From the NCBI GenBank assembly GCA_025361285.1, contig JANYAP010000017.1:1-62181 (forward strand): a stretch of 62,181 nt of DNA, read 5' to 3'. The notes under the pieces are model-generated. The model did not search any database. It saw nothing but the letters and a program-made list of their open reading frames with translations, and was not told the origin of the DNA. The translations under genes and the position numbers were made by a program. Position 1 is the first letter of the stretch, and each line of letters opens with the position of its first letter. Shown here one piece after another: positions 8,510 to 18,428 of the stretch. The DNA comes from Bacteroidales bacterium (GTDB taxonomy: Bacteria > Bacteroidota > Bacteroidia > Bacteroidales > JAAUTT01).

Positions 8510-9961
8510 ATGAACTTTTTTAAATTACTATACCGGTTCAACATTATCCGTTTCCTGAAAAAAGGAAACCATGCAAACTATATTTTTGGAAGTTTCGATT
8601 TGATTGTGCTGCTTATAACTTACCAAATTGCATACTGGCTGTTTAATCCTGGTGGCTTTTCTCTATTCTTTTTCGATAAGGAATATTTTCTATTGTTCTC
8701 GCTAATATTACCATCGTGGATATTAATACTGCATATTTGCAACGTAGCGCGAATACCTCGAACTAGCCGATATAGCCGATTATTTTTCGAATTTATCCAA
8801 TTCACAGTATTGAGTGTTACCGTTTTATTTCTAATTCAGTTTATATTGAAATTTGAAACAGTTACAACGTATTTCCTTATAGCACTATCGGTTATGAGCA
8901 TGGTTTTGCTTTATGGATTGCGGATTGTGGAATTTAAACTATTTAAACTATTCAGGGCTAGCGGGTTTAACTACATAAATTTGGTAATTATTGCCGATGG
9001 CTCGTCGGAATTATTCATCGAAAAACTACTTGCACAAAAGGAATGGGGCTATCGTATTATCATGATTATGACCGATTCGAAGCTAATAAAAGCCAAATTT
9101 GCCGATAGGGTAAAAGTGCTTCCCGAAAGGAGTCAGTTTTCGCTTAATAATGTTTTGGAATTCGACATTGTTGATGAGGTAATTTATTACAAACGTAAGC
9201 TTAATCAGCCCAATGTTAAGCAGTTAATTAAATCGTGCGAAGAGGTAGGTGTTGTATTCCGCATAAATTCCGATATTTCACCAGTTTTAATATCAACAGG
9301 TTACGCATCGCAAATTTGGAACACTTCGTTTCTCTCATTCGTTAATATCCCCGACGATAGTTTCGGTATGGCATGGAAAAATTTGATGGACGTGTTTTTA
9401 TCATTCTTTTTTATCCTTACCCTATCGCCGTTTATGCTAATTATTGCCTCAATAATTAAGATTAGTTCTCCTGGTCCAATAGTGTTTAAGCAAGCACGTG
9501 TGGGGCTTAGGGGTAGGCAGTTTTACTTATATAAATTTCGTACAATGGTTGTAAACGCCGAAGCATTGCGCAAACAACTCGAAGCACAAAACGAAATGGA
9601 CGGCCCAGTATTTAAAATTAAAAACGACCCCCGAATTACTGGTATTGGTCGCATTTTACGAAAAACTGGTTTAGACGAACTTCCTCAACTTTTTAATGTG
9701 TTAAACGGCGAGATGTCGCTTATTGGTCCACGCCCACCATTAAAAAGCGAAACACTGCAATACAAACGCTGGCAATTACGCCGTTTATCGGTAAAGCCAG
9801 GTATTACATGCTCGTGGCAAATTATTCCCGACCGAAACAACATCGATTTCGAAAACTGGATGAAACTCGACTTAGCTTATATCGATAATTGGTCGCCAAA
9901 ACTCGATTTTATGCTACTGATTAAAACCATACGTACAGTAATGTTAGGAACAGGTTCGTAG
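8510..9961 (+). CDS. polyprenyl-phosphate hexose-1-phosphate transferase (WbaP/exopolysaccharide initiating 'bacterial sugar transferase')
   Basis: N-terminal TM helices and a central Rossmann-like linker. The C-terminal domain reads PGPIVFKQARVGLRGRQFYLYKFRTM...DELPQLFNVLNGEMSLIGPRP. ATG 8510 is chosen because the track start at 8444 overlaps the upstream gene. Confidence 0.85.
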   Translation: MNFFKLLYRFNIIRFLKKGNHANYIFGSFDLIVLLITYQIAYWLFNPGGFSLFFFDKEYFLLFSLILPSWILILHICNVARIPRTSRYSRLFFEFIQFTVLSVTVLFLIQFILKFETVTTYFLIALSVMSMVLLYGLRIVEFKLFKLFRASGFNYINLVIIADGSSELFIEKLLAQKEWGYRIIMIMTDSKLIKAKFADRVKVLPERSQFSLNNVLEFDIVDEVIYYKRKLNQPNVKQLIKSCEEVGVVFRINSDISPVLISTGYASQIWNTSFLSFVNIPDDSFGMAWKNLMDVFLSFFFILTLSPFMLIIASIIKISSPGPIVFKQARVGLRGRQFYLYKFRTMVVNAEALRKQLEAQNEMDGPVFKIKNDPRITGIGRILRKTGLDELPQLFNVLNGEMSLIGPRPPLKSETLQYKRWQLRRLSVKPGITCSWQIIPDRNNIDFENWMKLDLAYIDNWSPKLDFMLLIKTIRTVMLGTGS

Positions 9962-9966
9962 AGTAA

Positions 9967-10611
9967 TTAAATATCAATAAGCTTGTTACGAATAGCGTAC
10001 ATTACCAAATGTGCGGTGTTTTTCGAATTAGTTTTATCGAGAAGGTTGGCGCGGTGTTTATCAACGGTGCGCTTACTAATATGCAGAGCATCGGCTATTT
10101 CGTGATTGGAGTAGCCGATACATATTTCTTTAAGCACTTCGCGTTCGCGCTCGGAAAGGTTTTCAACTAACTCCTGATTGTTATGCGTTGTTTTAATGTT
10201 CTTTACAACGTTATATAACAACTCCTGCGAGAAATACTTTCCGCCACCATACACCGAACTAATAGCCGATTTAACTTCGCTTATATCGGAGTTTTTAAGC
10301 ATAAAGCCACTAACACCAGCTTCAATCATCTTATAGTAATACTCTTCCTCGCCATACATCGATAGGCAAATTACTTTTAGGCGAGGATACCTTTCTATTG
10401 CTTTGGTTGTAGCCTGTATTCCATCCATCTCGGGCATATCAATGTCCATAAGTACAATATCGGGCAAACCTTTGTCGAGCAAATTTAGAAACTCCAAGCC
10501 GTTGGCCGCTTCGGCTATAACGTTAAAATTTCCTGCATTGGTAAGCAAAAGCTTCATTCCATTGCGGAAAAGACTATGGTCGTCGACAATAATAATGCTT
10601 ATTACAGACAT
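9967..10611 (-). CDS. LuxR/NarL-family response regulator
   Basis: Receiver domain: IIIVDDHSLFR...DIVLMDIDMPEMDG. LuxR HTH: LSEREREVLKEICIGYSNHEIADALHISKRTVDKHRANLLDK. Confidence 0.92.
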   Translation of the reverse strand: MSVISIIIVDDHSLFRNGMKLLLTNAGNFNVIAEAANGLEFLNLLDKGLPDIVLMDIDMPEMDGIQATTKAIERYPRLKVICLSMYGEEEYYYKMIEAGVSGFMLKNSDISEVKSAISSVYGGGKYFSQELLYNVVKNIKTTHNNQELVENLSEREREVLKEICIGYSNHEIADALHISKRTVDKHRANLLDKTNSKNTAHLVMYAIRNKLIDI

Positions 10612-10698
10612 TTTATATTTTTAATTTTATATTTTATATTGCAAATCAGCCTACCTACACCCTACAGTTTCCAGCCTAAAGCCTAAAGCCTCCAACCA

Positions 10699-11649
10699 CT
10701 ATACCTTCACCCTAATAAGCACCTTAGTGCCACTTTCTTCCGTGCTTTCCACCTCCATTTTGCCTTTTATGGAGTTTACTCGCGAAAGCATATTTGGATA
10801 TCCCATGCCCTGTGTTATAAAGTTGTCGCTAACAATTTTGGTAACATCAAAACCAACACCATCGTCGGAATACGAAAAAAGAATAGTTTTGGGCTGGCAA
10901 GTTAAATTAATTTCGACATTGCGGGCGTGGGCATGTTTCATTGTATTGTTAATAAGCTCACATGCAACACGGTAAAGCACTACTTCAACATTTTCATCGA
11001 ACCGCCGGTTAAAGCCGTTCGATTCGAACTGAATGTTAACTACCTTACTATCAATTTTATTCGAGAAATCCTTAATAGCACTGGCAAGCCCAAAATTATT
11101 CAATATATGCGGACTTAGGTTATTAGATATCTCTTTAATGCTTTTTATCGATTCGTTAATTACATGTGCGGTATTGTCGATTATTTCCTTTCGCGATGGT
11201 TCGCTATCCATTAACGAAAGTGTTGATACCGACATTTTTACAGTCGATAATAATGGACCTAATCCATCGTGCAAATCTTTTGCAAAGCGTTTACGTTCCT
11301 TCTCTTCAGTCTGAATAATAGCATTAAGCACGCGGTTTTCGGCCTCGCGCCTCGATTGTTCAACCTTCTTAATAAAATTAAATATCTTACGGATAAAAAG
11401 CACCCCAACTGTAATACAAATCGATGTTGCCAGCCCCATCCAAATGAAGATAACATTCATATCGATAGGGATTTTCTCGTAAAGCACCGGAATAAGTTCG
11501 AAAAGCTTGTTAACAGCCATTATTAAAAAGCCAAGCGATATTAAAATCCACGAAATATTGTATTTTGTAACTTTGGTTAGCCTAATTGCAGCCACGGCAG
11601 CTATAAACTGAAGTAATATAGATAGTACGAGGGCTATTGTGGTTATCAT
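10699..11649 (-). CDS. membrane sensor histidine kinase (HisKA_3 / NarX-DegS type)
   Basis: Three N-terminal TM helices. H-box ERKRFAKDLHDGLGPLLS. HATPase_c region NNTMKHAHA...DDGVGF...GMGYPNM. Confidence 0.88.
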   Translation of the reverse strand: MITTIALVLSILLQFIAAVAAIRLTKVTKYNISWILISLGFLIMAVNKLFELIPVLYEKIPIDMNVIFIWMGLATSICITVGVLFIRKIFNFIKKVEQSRREAENRVLNAIIQTEEKERKRFAKDLHDGLGPLLSTVKMSVSTLSLMDSEPSRKEIIDNTAHVINESIKSIKEISNNLSPHILNNFGLASAIKDFSNKIDSKVVNIQFESNGFNRRFDENVEVVLYRVACELINNTMKHAHARNVEINLTCQPKTILFSYSDDGVGFDVTKIVSDNFITQGMGYPNMLSRVNSIKGKMEVESTEESGTKVLIRVKV

Positions 11650-11790
11650 TTATAAAATGTAATGATATAAAAACTAGCAACTGCTAATTTCAGTACCTCA
11701 AAAATAGGTATATATAATCGAAAATAGGAAACATTTTTTACGTAGATACTATTTTGTTTGTGGCATTTAAGTAGTTACTTTTGCAATTAA

Positions 11791-11977
11791 GTAATATGTA
11801 TTAAATAAGCTCCTAGTGCGTTGCTGCAAAAATTTTAAATTACTCACAAATCCATTAGTTTTTAATGGTGTTCGTGAACGCTTCGCTAAGTTCTCACTTA
11901 AAGTAGTAAGCTCCGGTATTAAATTTTTTGCGCGCCTTGTAGGAACATATTTCCTACACATTACTAAACGACTAACC
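11791..11977 (+). repeat. Intergenic repeat family B (MITE-like), copy 2
   Basis: GTAATATGTATTAAATAAGCTCCTAGTGCGTTGCTGCAAAAATTTTAAA ... AAATTTTTTGCGCGCCTTGTAGGAACATATTTCCTACACATTACTAAACGACTAACC. It shares the ends of copy 1 with a longer interior, and ends about 9 nt before the trmD ATG. Confidence 0.75.
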
Positions 11978-11985
11978 TATTAAAT

Positions 11986-12675
11986 ATGCGTATCGATATT
12001 ATTACAGTTTTGCCCGAGCTTATCGAAAGTCCTCTTAATCACTCTATTGTAAAAAGAGCGAGAGACAAAAACCTTGCAGAAATTGTTGTGCATAACTTGC
12101 GCGATTATTCGTTCGATAAGCACAAACGCGTTGACGATTATGCATTTAGTGGTGATGCAGGAATGGTAATGATGGTGGAACCTATATTTCGCGCTATTAG
12201 CGCACTTAAATTGCAACGTTCATACGATGAGGTTATTTACACGTCGCCCGACGGCAAAATGCTTAATCAACAACGCTCTAATTATCTCTCTACTTTAATA
12301 AATATAATTATCTTATGTGGTCATTATAAAGGAATTGACCAGCGCGTACGCGATCACCTAATTACTTTAGAAATATCGATTGGCGACTATGTGCTAAGTG
12401 GTGGCGAACTTGCCGCAGCGGTAATAACCGATAGCATTGTACGCCTTATACCTGGTGCGTTAGGCGACGAAACATCGGCACTTACCGATTCGTTTCAGGA
12501 CAGCCTGCTAGCTCCGCCAGTTTATACGAGGCCTGCGGAATTTAATGGTTGGAAAGTGCCTGATATTCTGCTAAGTGGAAACGATGCGTTAATCGAAAAG
12601 TGGAAATTCGAACAATCTATGGAACGCACCAAACGCCTTCGCCCCGAATTGCTTGACGAATGGGGCGAGGATTAG
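11986..12675 (+). CDS. trmD: tRNA (guanine37-N1)-methyltransferase
   Basis: [25 protein letters not shown]... plus the [10 protein letters not shown] knot-region motif. At 229 aa the length fits TrmD. Confidence 0.93.
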   Translation: MRIDIITVLPELIESPLNHSIVKRARDKNLAEIVVHNLRDYSFDKHKRVDDYAFSGDAGMVMMVEPIFRAISALKLQRSYDEVIYTSPDGKMLNQQRSNYLSTLINIIILCGHYKGIDQRVRDHLITLEISIGDYVLSGGELAAAVITDSIVRLIPGALGDETSALTDSFQDSLLAPPVYTRPAEFNGWKVPDILLSGNDALIEKWKFEQSMERTKRLRPELLDEWGED

Positions 12676-15530
12676 CGGTGGCATATTGCCTTATAATCAC
12701 AGTATTCGCAAACCTTTTTATCGTCCACCTTCGCGAAAGCAATTTTTGGATTATATATTTCGGCTAACAAACGCTTCAAACCAGCCTCGTACTCGTCCTT
12801 TACCTCGTAAATACTGTCGATATATTGTTTCTTACCATGACAAATGCGCGAATCGAACGTAGGTTTGAAAATTTCGCGCATGCTGTAAATACTAGGAGAA
12901 ATGGGTAAATTTTTATAATTGGCGTGTTCGCTTACAATGAAAGCGTACAACAAAATTTGAAGAGCTTCCTTACTTTGCATATTGGGCTTATCGCTAAAAA
13001 GCCCTTCAACATTAATAAAATCCATAGAAACAGGACCGGTTTTGTAGTCGATAACGCGTATTTCATTCCCCGTTTTATCAATACGATCAATTTTTCCGCC
13101 TACTTTTACCGAAACAATTTTTTCGTTTTCACCAATAGGGATAATTGTTGCGAAAGCAGCTTCGAAAGCCAACGGAGTTAACGGAGCCAAAATTCTATCA
13201 ACTTCCAAAATTCGGATAATGTATTTACGAAGCACTTCTTTCACAACAAGGCTTTTACCGTGCAACTGAGGCGTATCGTTAGGTTTTTTGAAAAATTCCA
13301 CTGCAAATGCTTTCAGAATAACAGCTTCAATATGAGGTTTATTGGCAATTAGCTGGTCGAATATTTCCTTTGTCATATTAGTTTTAAGATACTTGCCATA
13401 TATTTCCTCCATGGCTTTATGCAGCAACTTTCCAAACATGGAACCCTCAATATCTTCGGTAACCTCCTCTTTTTCGTATATTTTTGCCACGTAACGGAAG
13501 TAAAACCTCAAGCTACATTCCAAATAAGCATTTAAAGCAGTAGGTGTAAGTACATTAGTAGTTTTTTCGGCATTAGTAAACCTACCTAGCGCATTCATTA
13601 CTTCGGGCGTTTTTTCGATAACAATGCCCTTCTCGTCGGTCAACGACACGCGGAAGTTTAAACTTAACTCCTCAACTTTAAACGCTGGCTCGTATTTAAG
13701 CTGGTAAATAAACCTACTCATCTCCCTTGCTTTGTGGCCGCCCTGCGAATTGTACATAATTGTAACATTTTGTGCACGTTGCATTAGGCGATAAAAATAA
13801 TAAGCGTAAACAGCGTCCTGATGTTCGATAGTTGGTAAGCCGAAGCCTTTACGTAAGTTGTATGGTATAAACGTATTAGCCGCATCGCTTTTAGGAAGCA
13901 CGCCTTCGTTTGCCGATAGAAGAATAATATTCGAAAAATCGAGCGAACGGGTTTCCAATACGCCTAAAACCTGCAACCCTGCCAGTGGCTCGCCTTTAAA
14001 GGGTATCGATAATGCGCTGGTCATTTTTCGAAGTACGCGTATTAGGGTAGGTATTTCGAGCGGTATTTTTTCGGCTTTTAGCAAATCGCTCAGTCGGTTA
14101 ACCGAAGTAATAAATGTAAACCAATATTCGCTATGGAAATTTGCTTCGTTCTTATTACCAGTATCTTCCAACACTAACCGAGCTGTTTTTGCACCAATTT
14201 CGGTTAAATAATTTAAAACCTCGCCAGCCGATTTGGTAATCGAAAATAGCTGCGATAAATACTCGTGTTTCGAAACTTCCTCGACCGTTAAAAACACTCT
14301 ATTGTATTGTAAAATGTAAGTTAATAGTTTGTTAGCTTCGGTACCGCATATTTTCTGAACGTAAGGGTGATTTAGCAAAGCACGCGCATCGCGATGATAA
14401 AAGCGGTTGCTACCATCTTTAAATTGCTTAACGTTTTTCTGCAAAGCAATAAGTGCTTCGAAAAAGCTATAAACAGGTGTGTAACGAAAAGGATATCCGA
14501 GTGTTACATTAACCTCAGCAACATCGGTAGGCAACGACGATAGCACTGGAATTAACAAAGGCTCGTCGGTTAAAACTATTGCGGTGTCGGCCATCTTGCT
14601 GCTGTCAACATTCATATTTTGCAGTGCCGTAGAAATAAGTTTAGCTTGCCCAATATCGGACGGTACGGCAATAATTTTTATGTTTTTGGGCGCAGAGAGT
14701 GATTTTTGAGGTTGCGTGGGCCATGCTTGTGGAAACTGAGTTAGATTCTTTCGAATGAAGTAACCAGCTTCGTGCCACTCGTTTTCGACATAGTAATCGT
14801 CGTAATCCCAAAAGAAATCGACCAGTTTATTTTTCTGTAGGAACTTAAAAAACTCCTTTTCGCACTCGTTTAATGCGTTAAAACCAATAACCGCATATCG
14901 TTTAAACGGAGTTTTAATATGCTTATCGGCGTGTATATTGTCAATTACCTGCCTGCACATCATGCCCTCGTAAGCCAAGCCCTTTGTTTGCAGCATTTGG
15001 CGAAAGTTTTTATATACGTCGAACAAAATCATCCAAACCGAAACAAAATCGTCCTTCAATGGGCTAGCTTCATGCAGTTTAATATTTGTCCAAAACTCTC
15101 GTATCACCTTAATTTGTTCGTCGGGTAGGGTAAACTGTTTATCAATTTCCTTTAAATCCGATAAATTCTGAAACAGCTGTTTAGGGTCGGCAAGGTATTT
15201 ATCAATATCATCGAAATCGTTAAGAAGCATTTCGCCCCAGTAATAGAATTCATCGAACGTTTCGTTAGTTTTCTTTTCGGCAGTATAAACCTGATACAAA
15301 TTGAATACCAACGTAAGCGAATCGGCAGGCTGCAAACCGCTCAACTCCCGCATGAGCTCAGCTATGGAGCGTACTTGCGGCATCCATATAGGCTTGTCGA
15401 TATATTCGGCTAAATACCTACTGAAAAACATACCTGCACGACGGTTCGGAAACACAAGGCAAACATCCTGAAGATCAGATTTATAGGTTTGTTGCAAGAA
15501 TTCGGCAACCGATTTTAGGAATGGAGTCAT
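12672..15530 (-). CDS. AddB-like PD-(D/E)XK nuclease family protein (inactivated-helicase N-region plus C-terminal nuclease with Cys cluster)
   Basis: About 950 aa. The C-terminus has [21 protein letters not shown] (nuclease D-x-n-D/E-x-K core) and [10 protein letters not shown] (Fe-S-type cysteines, as in AddB). ATG 15530 is preferred over the TTG at 15551. Confidence 0.7.
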   Translation of the reverse strand: MTPFLKSVAEFLQQTYKSDLQDVCLVFPNRRAGMFFSRYLAEYIDKPIWMPQVRSIAELMRELSGLQPADSLTLVFNLYQVYTAEKKTNETFDEFYYWGEMLLNDFDDIDKYLADPKQLFQNLSDLKEIDKQFTLPDEQIKVIREFWTNIKLHEASPLKDDFVSVWMILFDVYKNFRQMLQTKGLAYEGMMCRQVIDNIHADKHIKTPFKRYAVIGFNALNECEKEFFKFLQKNKLVDFFWDYDDYYVENEWHEAGYFIRKNLTQFPQAWPTQPQKSLSAPKNIKIIAVPSDIGQAKLISTALQNMNVDSSKMADTAIVLTDEPLLIPVLSSLPTDVAEVNVTLGYPFRYTPVYSFFEALIALQKNVKQFKDGSNRFYHRDARALLNHPYVQKICGTEANKLLTYILQYNRVFLTVEEVSKHEYLSQLFSITKSAGEVLNYLTEIGAKTARLVLEDTGNKNEANFHSEYWFTFITSVNRLSDLLKAEKIPLEIPTLIRVLRKMTSALSIPFKGEPLAGLQVLGVLETRSLDFSNIILLSANEGVLPKSDAANTFIPYNLRKGFGLPTIEHQDAVYAYYFYRLMQRAQNVTIMYNSQGGHKAREMSRFIYQLKYEPAFKVEELSLNFRVSLTDEKGIVIEKTPEVMNALGRFTNAEKTTNVLTPTALNAYLECSLRFYFRYVAKIYEKEEVTEDIEGSMFGKLLHKAMEEIYGKYLKTNMTKEIFDQLIANKPHIEAVILKAFAVEFFKKPNDTPQLHGKSLVVKEVLRKYIIRILEVDRILAPLTPLAFEAAFATIIPIGENEKIVSVKVGGKIDRIDKTGNEIRVIDYKTGPVSMDFINVEGLFSDKPNMQSKEALQILLYAFIVSEHANYKNLPISPSIYSMREIFKPTFDSRICHGKKQYIDSIYEVKDEYEAGLKRLLAEIYNPKIAFAKVDDKKVCEYCDYKAICHR

Positions 15531-15670
15531 GGTATAATTAATTGTAAACAAATATAATAGTTATATTTTAAGGCTAAATAGACAAAAGTAGAGTTATAAA
15601 AGTACAAAAACTGTTCAACAATATAATTAATGCTTTAAAGTACAAATACCTTAAGAAGTTGTTATGAAAT

Positions 15671-15790
15671 AAGTCATCCGATTAAGTGTCATTCCGACGT
15701 AGGTCGGAACCGAGTTTACGAGCTTGCCGAAAACAATCCATAAAAAAATGTCCTAGGGATTCCGACCTACGTCGGAATGACAGCATACTT
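15671..15790 (+). repeat. Repeat family C (REP/BIME-like), copy 1
   Basis: AAGTCATCCGATTAA-GTGTCATTCCGACGTAGGTCGGAA-[core CCGAGTTTACGAGCTTGCCGAAAACAATCC...]-TTCCGACCTACGTCGGAATGACA-GCATAC. The arms are 23-nt inverted repeats, and each contains its own TTCCGAC/GTCGGAA hairpin. Confidence 0.85.
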
Positions 15791-16057
15791 TTAAGGATCG
15801 CCTTTGTGGGGTTTTTCCCGTTCATATATTTATGCAACATATTTATTTACTGATTACTAGCAGAATATAGGGTACCGGCTTTTGTATTGCGCAACAACTA
15901 AACCTATATTTCATTACCTTGCGCAACTGCGTAATCTAGAGTATATGGCAACAAAAATCGGAGTCATTGACATATAACCAACAAATTCTATTTCTAGTCA
16001 AATCGAGGAGCGCAGCAGTCGAATTCATATTTGTTGCATCATATAACTTAGTAACCT

Positions 16058-17740
16058 ATGCTTCTCCGCGTTAACAATCTAAACATTAGTTCTTTCAATA
16101 ACAAAACGGAATTTTCGATTTGCAAAAACATTAATTTCGAAATTAATGCAGGCGAAACTCTCGGAATACTTGGTGAATCGGGTTCAGGTAAGTCAATTTC
16201 GGTACTATCTATTTTACGACTATTACCACCAACTCTTTCTGTTACAAGCGGTAATATCTATTACAGTTCAAAAGAAGGAATTGAGGCCGATTTAGTTAAA
16301 CTTCCTTCAAAGGCATTGCAAAACATTCGTGGTAAGGACATTGCAATGGTTTTTCAGGAACCAATGTCGTCGTTAAACCCTGTTTTTACCTGCGGCGATC
16401 AGGTGTTAGAAACTATCGCCAAACATAAAAAATTGAAACACAACGATGCCAAAGCGCAGGTAATCACCCTTTTCGAAAAAGTTAAACTACCCGAACCACA
16501 ACGGATATTCAATAGTTATCCACATCAGCTGTCGGGGGGACAAAAACAACGAGTTATGATTGCCATAGCTATATCGTGTAATCCACGCCTCCTTATTTGC
16601 GACGAACCTACTACAGCACTTGATGTTACTGTACAAAAATCGATACTCGACTTATTAAAAGAGCTTCAAGCCGATTTAGGCATGAGTATTATATTTATCA
16701 CTCACGATATTAGCGTAATAGCCGAAATTGCAAACCGTATTTTGGTTTTTTACAAAGGCGAAATTGTTGAACAAGGCGAAGTAAAACAAATACTTACCGA
16801 AGCAACACACCCATACACCAAAGGATTACTGGCTTGCCGTTCGGCAGTTCACAAAAAAGGCGAACGATTAATGACTTTGGAAGATTTTGCCCTCGATAAT
16901 ATAAGTGAAGATCCAGATAAACAGAAGGTAACAACTAAACTTCGCGATAATTTAAGCGATGAGGTTTTGCTATCCATTAAAAACTTGGAAGTAGCCTTTA
17001 GCAGTTCGGGAAGTTTTTTTGGTAGAAGCAATAAAAAGCAAGTGCTGCATAAAATTAGTCTCGATGTATTTAAGGGCGAAACGTTAGGTTTGGTTGGCGA
17101 ATCGGGTTCAGGAAAGACAACAATCGGACGTACAATTATGCAACTTATTGATAGCGAAAATGGTGAAATTTTATTTCGCGGAAAGTTAATTAACAACTTA
17201 ACTAGAAAAGAGTTACCGGATTTCAGGAAGAAAGTGCAAATTATTTTTCAGGATCCATATTCGTCGCTAAACCCCAAAATTACAATAGGCGAAATGATTG
17301 CCGAACCTTTAATAGTACATAATATTTATAATTCAGCTTCCGAACGAAAAAACCGAGTACTCGAACTTCTTAAGCAAGTTAACCTTGGCGAAGAGCACTA
17401 TAATCGTTACCCGCATCAGTTTTCGGGCGGTCAACGACAACGAATTGGAATAGCACGTGCGCTAGCTGTTGATCCTGAGCTTATTATCCTCGACGAATCG
17501 GTGTCGGCACTCGACGTTTCTATTCAAGCACAGATATTAAACCTTCTAAATAACCTGAAAGAAACACTTAATCTAACCTATATTTTTATCTCACACGACT
17601 TAAACACAGTTCGTTACATGGCCGACCGCATGATTGTACTCAAAGACGGTCACATTGTGGAAGAAGGCATACCCGACGAAGTGTTTAAATATCCCAAAAG
17701 CGAATACACAGCAAGGTTAATAGAGGCGATTCCTGGATAA
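16058..17740 (+). CDS. duplicated-ATPase ABC protein of the oligopeptide/dipeptide (GsiA/YejF-like) type
   Basis: Two Walker A motifs (GESGSGKS, GESGSGKT). Two signature motifs (LSGGQKQR, FSGGQRQR). Opp-type C-terminal tails (HPYTKGLL; YTARLIEAIP). Confidence 0.88.
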   Translation: MLLRVNNLNISSFNNKTEFSICKNINFEINAGETLGILGESGSGKSISVLSILRLLPPTLSVTSGNIYYSSKEGIEADLVKLPSKALQNIRGKDIAMVFQEPMSSLNPVFTCGDQVLETIAKHKKLKHNDAKAQVITLFEKVKLPEPQRIFNSYPHQLSGGQKQRVMIAIAISCNPRLLICDEPTTALDVTVQKSILDLLKELQADLGMSIIFITHDISVIAEIANRILVFYKGEIVEQGEVKQILTEATHPYTKGLLACRSAVHKKGERLMTLEDFALDNISEDPDKQKVTTKLRDNLSDEVLLSIKNLEVAFSSSGSFFGRSNKKQVLHKISLDVFKGETLGLVGESGSGKTTIGRTIMQLIDSENGEILFRGKLINNLTRKELPDFRKKVQIIFQDPYSSLNPKITIGEMIAEPLIVHNIYNSASERKNRVLELLKQVNLGEEHYNRYPHQFSGGQRQRIGIARALAVDPELIILDESVSALDVSIQAQILNLLNNLKETLNLTYIFISHDLNTVRYMADRMIVLKDGHIVEEGIPDEVFKYPKSEYTARLIEAIPG

Positions 17741-17763
17741 GTAAATTAGATTTTTAAAAAAGT

Positions 17764-17827
17764 TGATGCAATATGCATTATATCGTATATTTGTATCGTA
17801 TATGCATCAAATTTATAAATCGTATAT
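17764..17827 (+). promoter_or_regulatory. candidate vapBC operator: three direct ATCGTATAT repeats within an imperfect inverted repeat
   Basis: ATCGTATAT occurs at 17782-17790, 17795-17803 and 17819-17827. TTGATGCAATAT (17763-) and ATATGCATCAA (17800-) are near-inverted. The last repeat ends 2 nt before the antitoxin ATG. Confidence 0.35.
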
Positions 17828-17829
17828 CA

Positions 17830-18051
17830 ATGAAAGTTACAGCAATTATTAACGATAAACTTGTTGATAAGGTTATTAGCCTTTCGAAAGGTAAAAATAT
17901 TACCGAAGGTATTGTGATAGCTCTAGAAGACTATGTTTATCGAAAAAAAATCGAAAAAGTAATTGGTAGTCTTGATAATAAACCTGTTGAATTTAACGAA
18001 GGATTTTCAGCCAAATTTGTTAGAGAAATAAATAGAATAGCTAGAGTATGA
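17830..18051 (+). CDS. vapB: type II antitoxin (VapB-like, small DNA-binding protein)
   Basis: 73 aa, with an ATGA stop/start overlap to the downstream PIN gene. ATG 17830 is chosen over the track start 17773. Confidence 0.65.
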   Translation: MKVTAIINDKLVDKVISLSKGKNITEGIVIALEDYVYRKKIEKVIGSLDNKPVEFNEGFSAKFVREINRIARV

Positions 18052-18428
18052 TATTATTGGATACATCGGTTTGGATTGAATATTTAAAGAGAAATGAAGG
18101 GTTTAAGTTATTAATTGATAGCTTTTTACGCGAAAGAAAGATAATTACTTTGGACTTAATTTTTGGTGAACTAATGCAAGGTGCAATGGAACACGAAAAA
18201 GAAAGGATAATTGATATTTGGGAAATATTACCCCAAATTAATATTGTCGGTTTAGGATTTTATGCCGGAAAACATTCTATGGAAAACAAACTATTAGCCA
18301 ATGGCATTGGTTTAATTGATTCTGCAATAATTTACGCAACGATTCACTCCAATTCTAAGTTATGGACTCTTGACAAAAAAGTGATTGGCGCAATTGATAA
18401 TGAGTACTTATACACGCCCCAAGCTTAG
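18048..18428 (+). CDS. vapC: PIN-domain ribonuclease toxin VapC
   Basis: MILLDTSVWIEYLK... (first acidic residue). E at GELMQG. The later D (LIDSAI) fits the PIN acidic quartet pattern. 126 aa. Confidence 0.8.
   Translation: MILLDTSVWIEYLKRNEGFKLLIDSFLRERKIITLDLIFGELMQGAMEHEKERIIDIWEILPQINIVGLGFYAGKHSMENKLLANGIGLIDSAIIYATIHSNSKLWTLDKKVIGAIDNEYLYTPQA

Noticed and set aside
11767-12216. Minus-strand ORFs 11767-11961 and 11980-12216
   Set aside because: The first lies entirely inside repeat family B copy 2. The second is antisense to the well-supported trmD gene.
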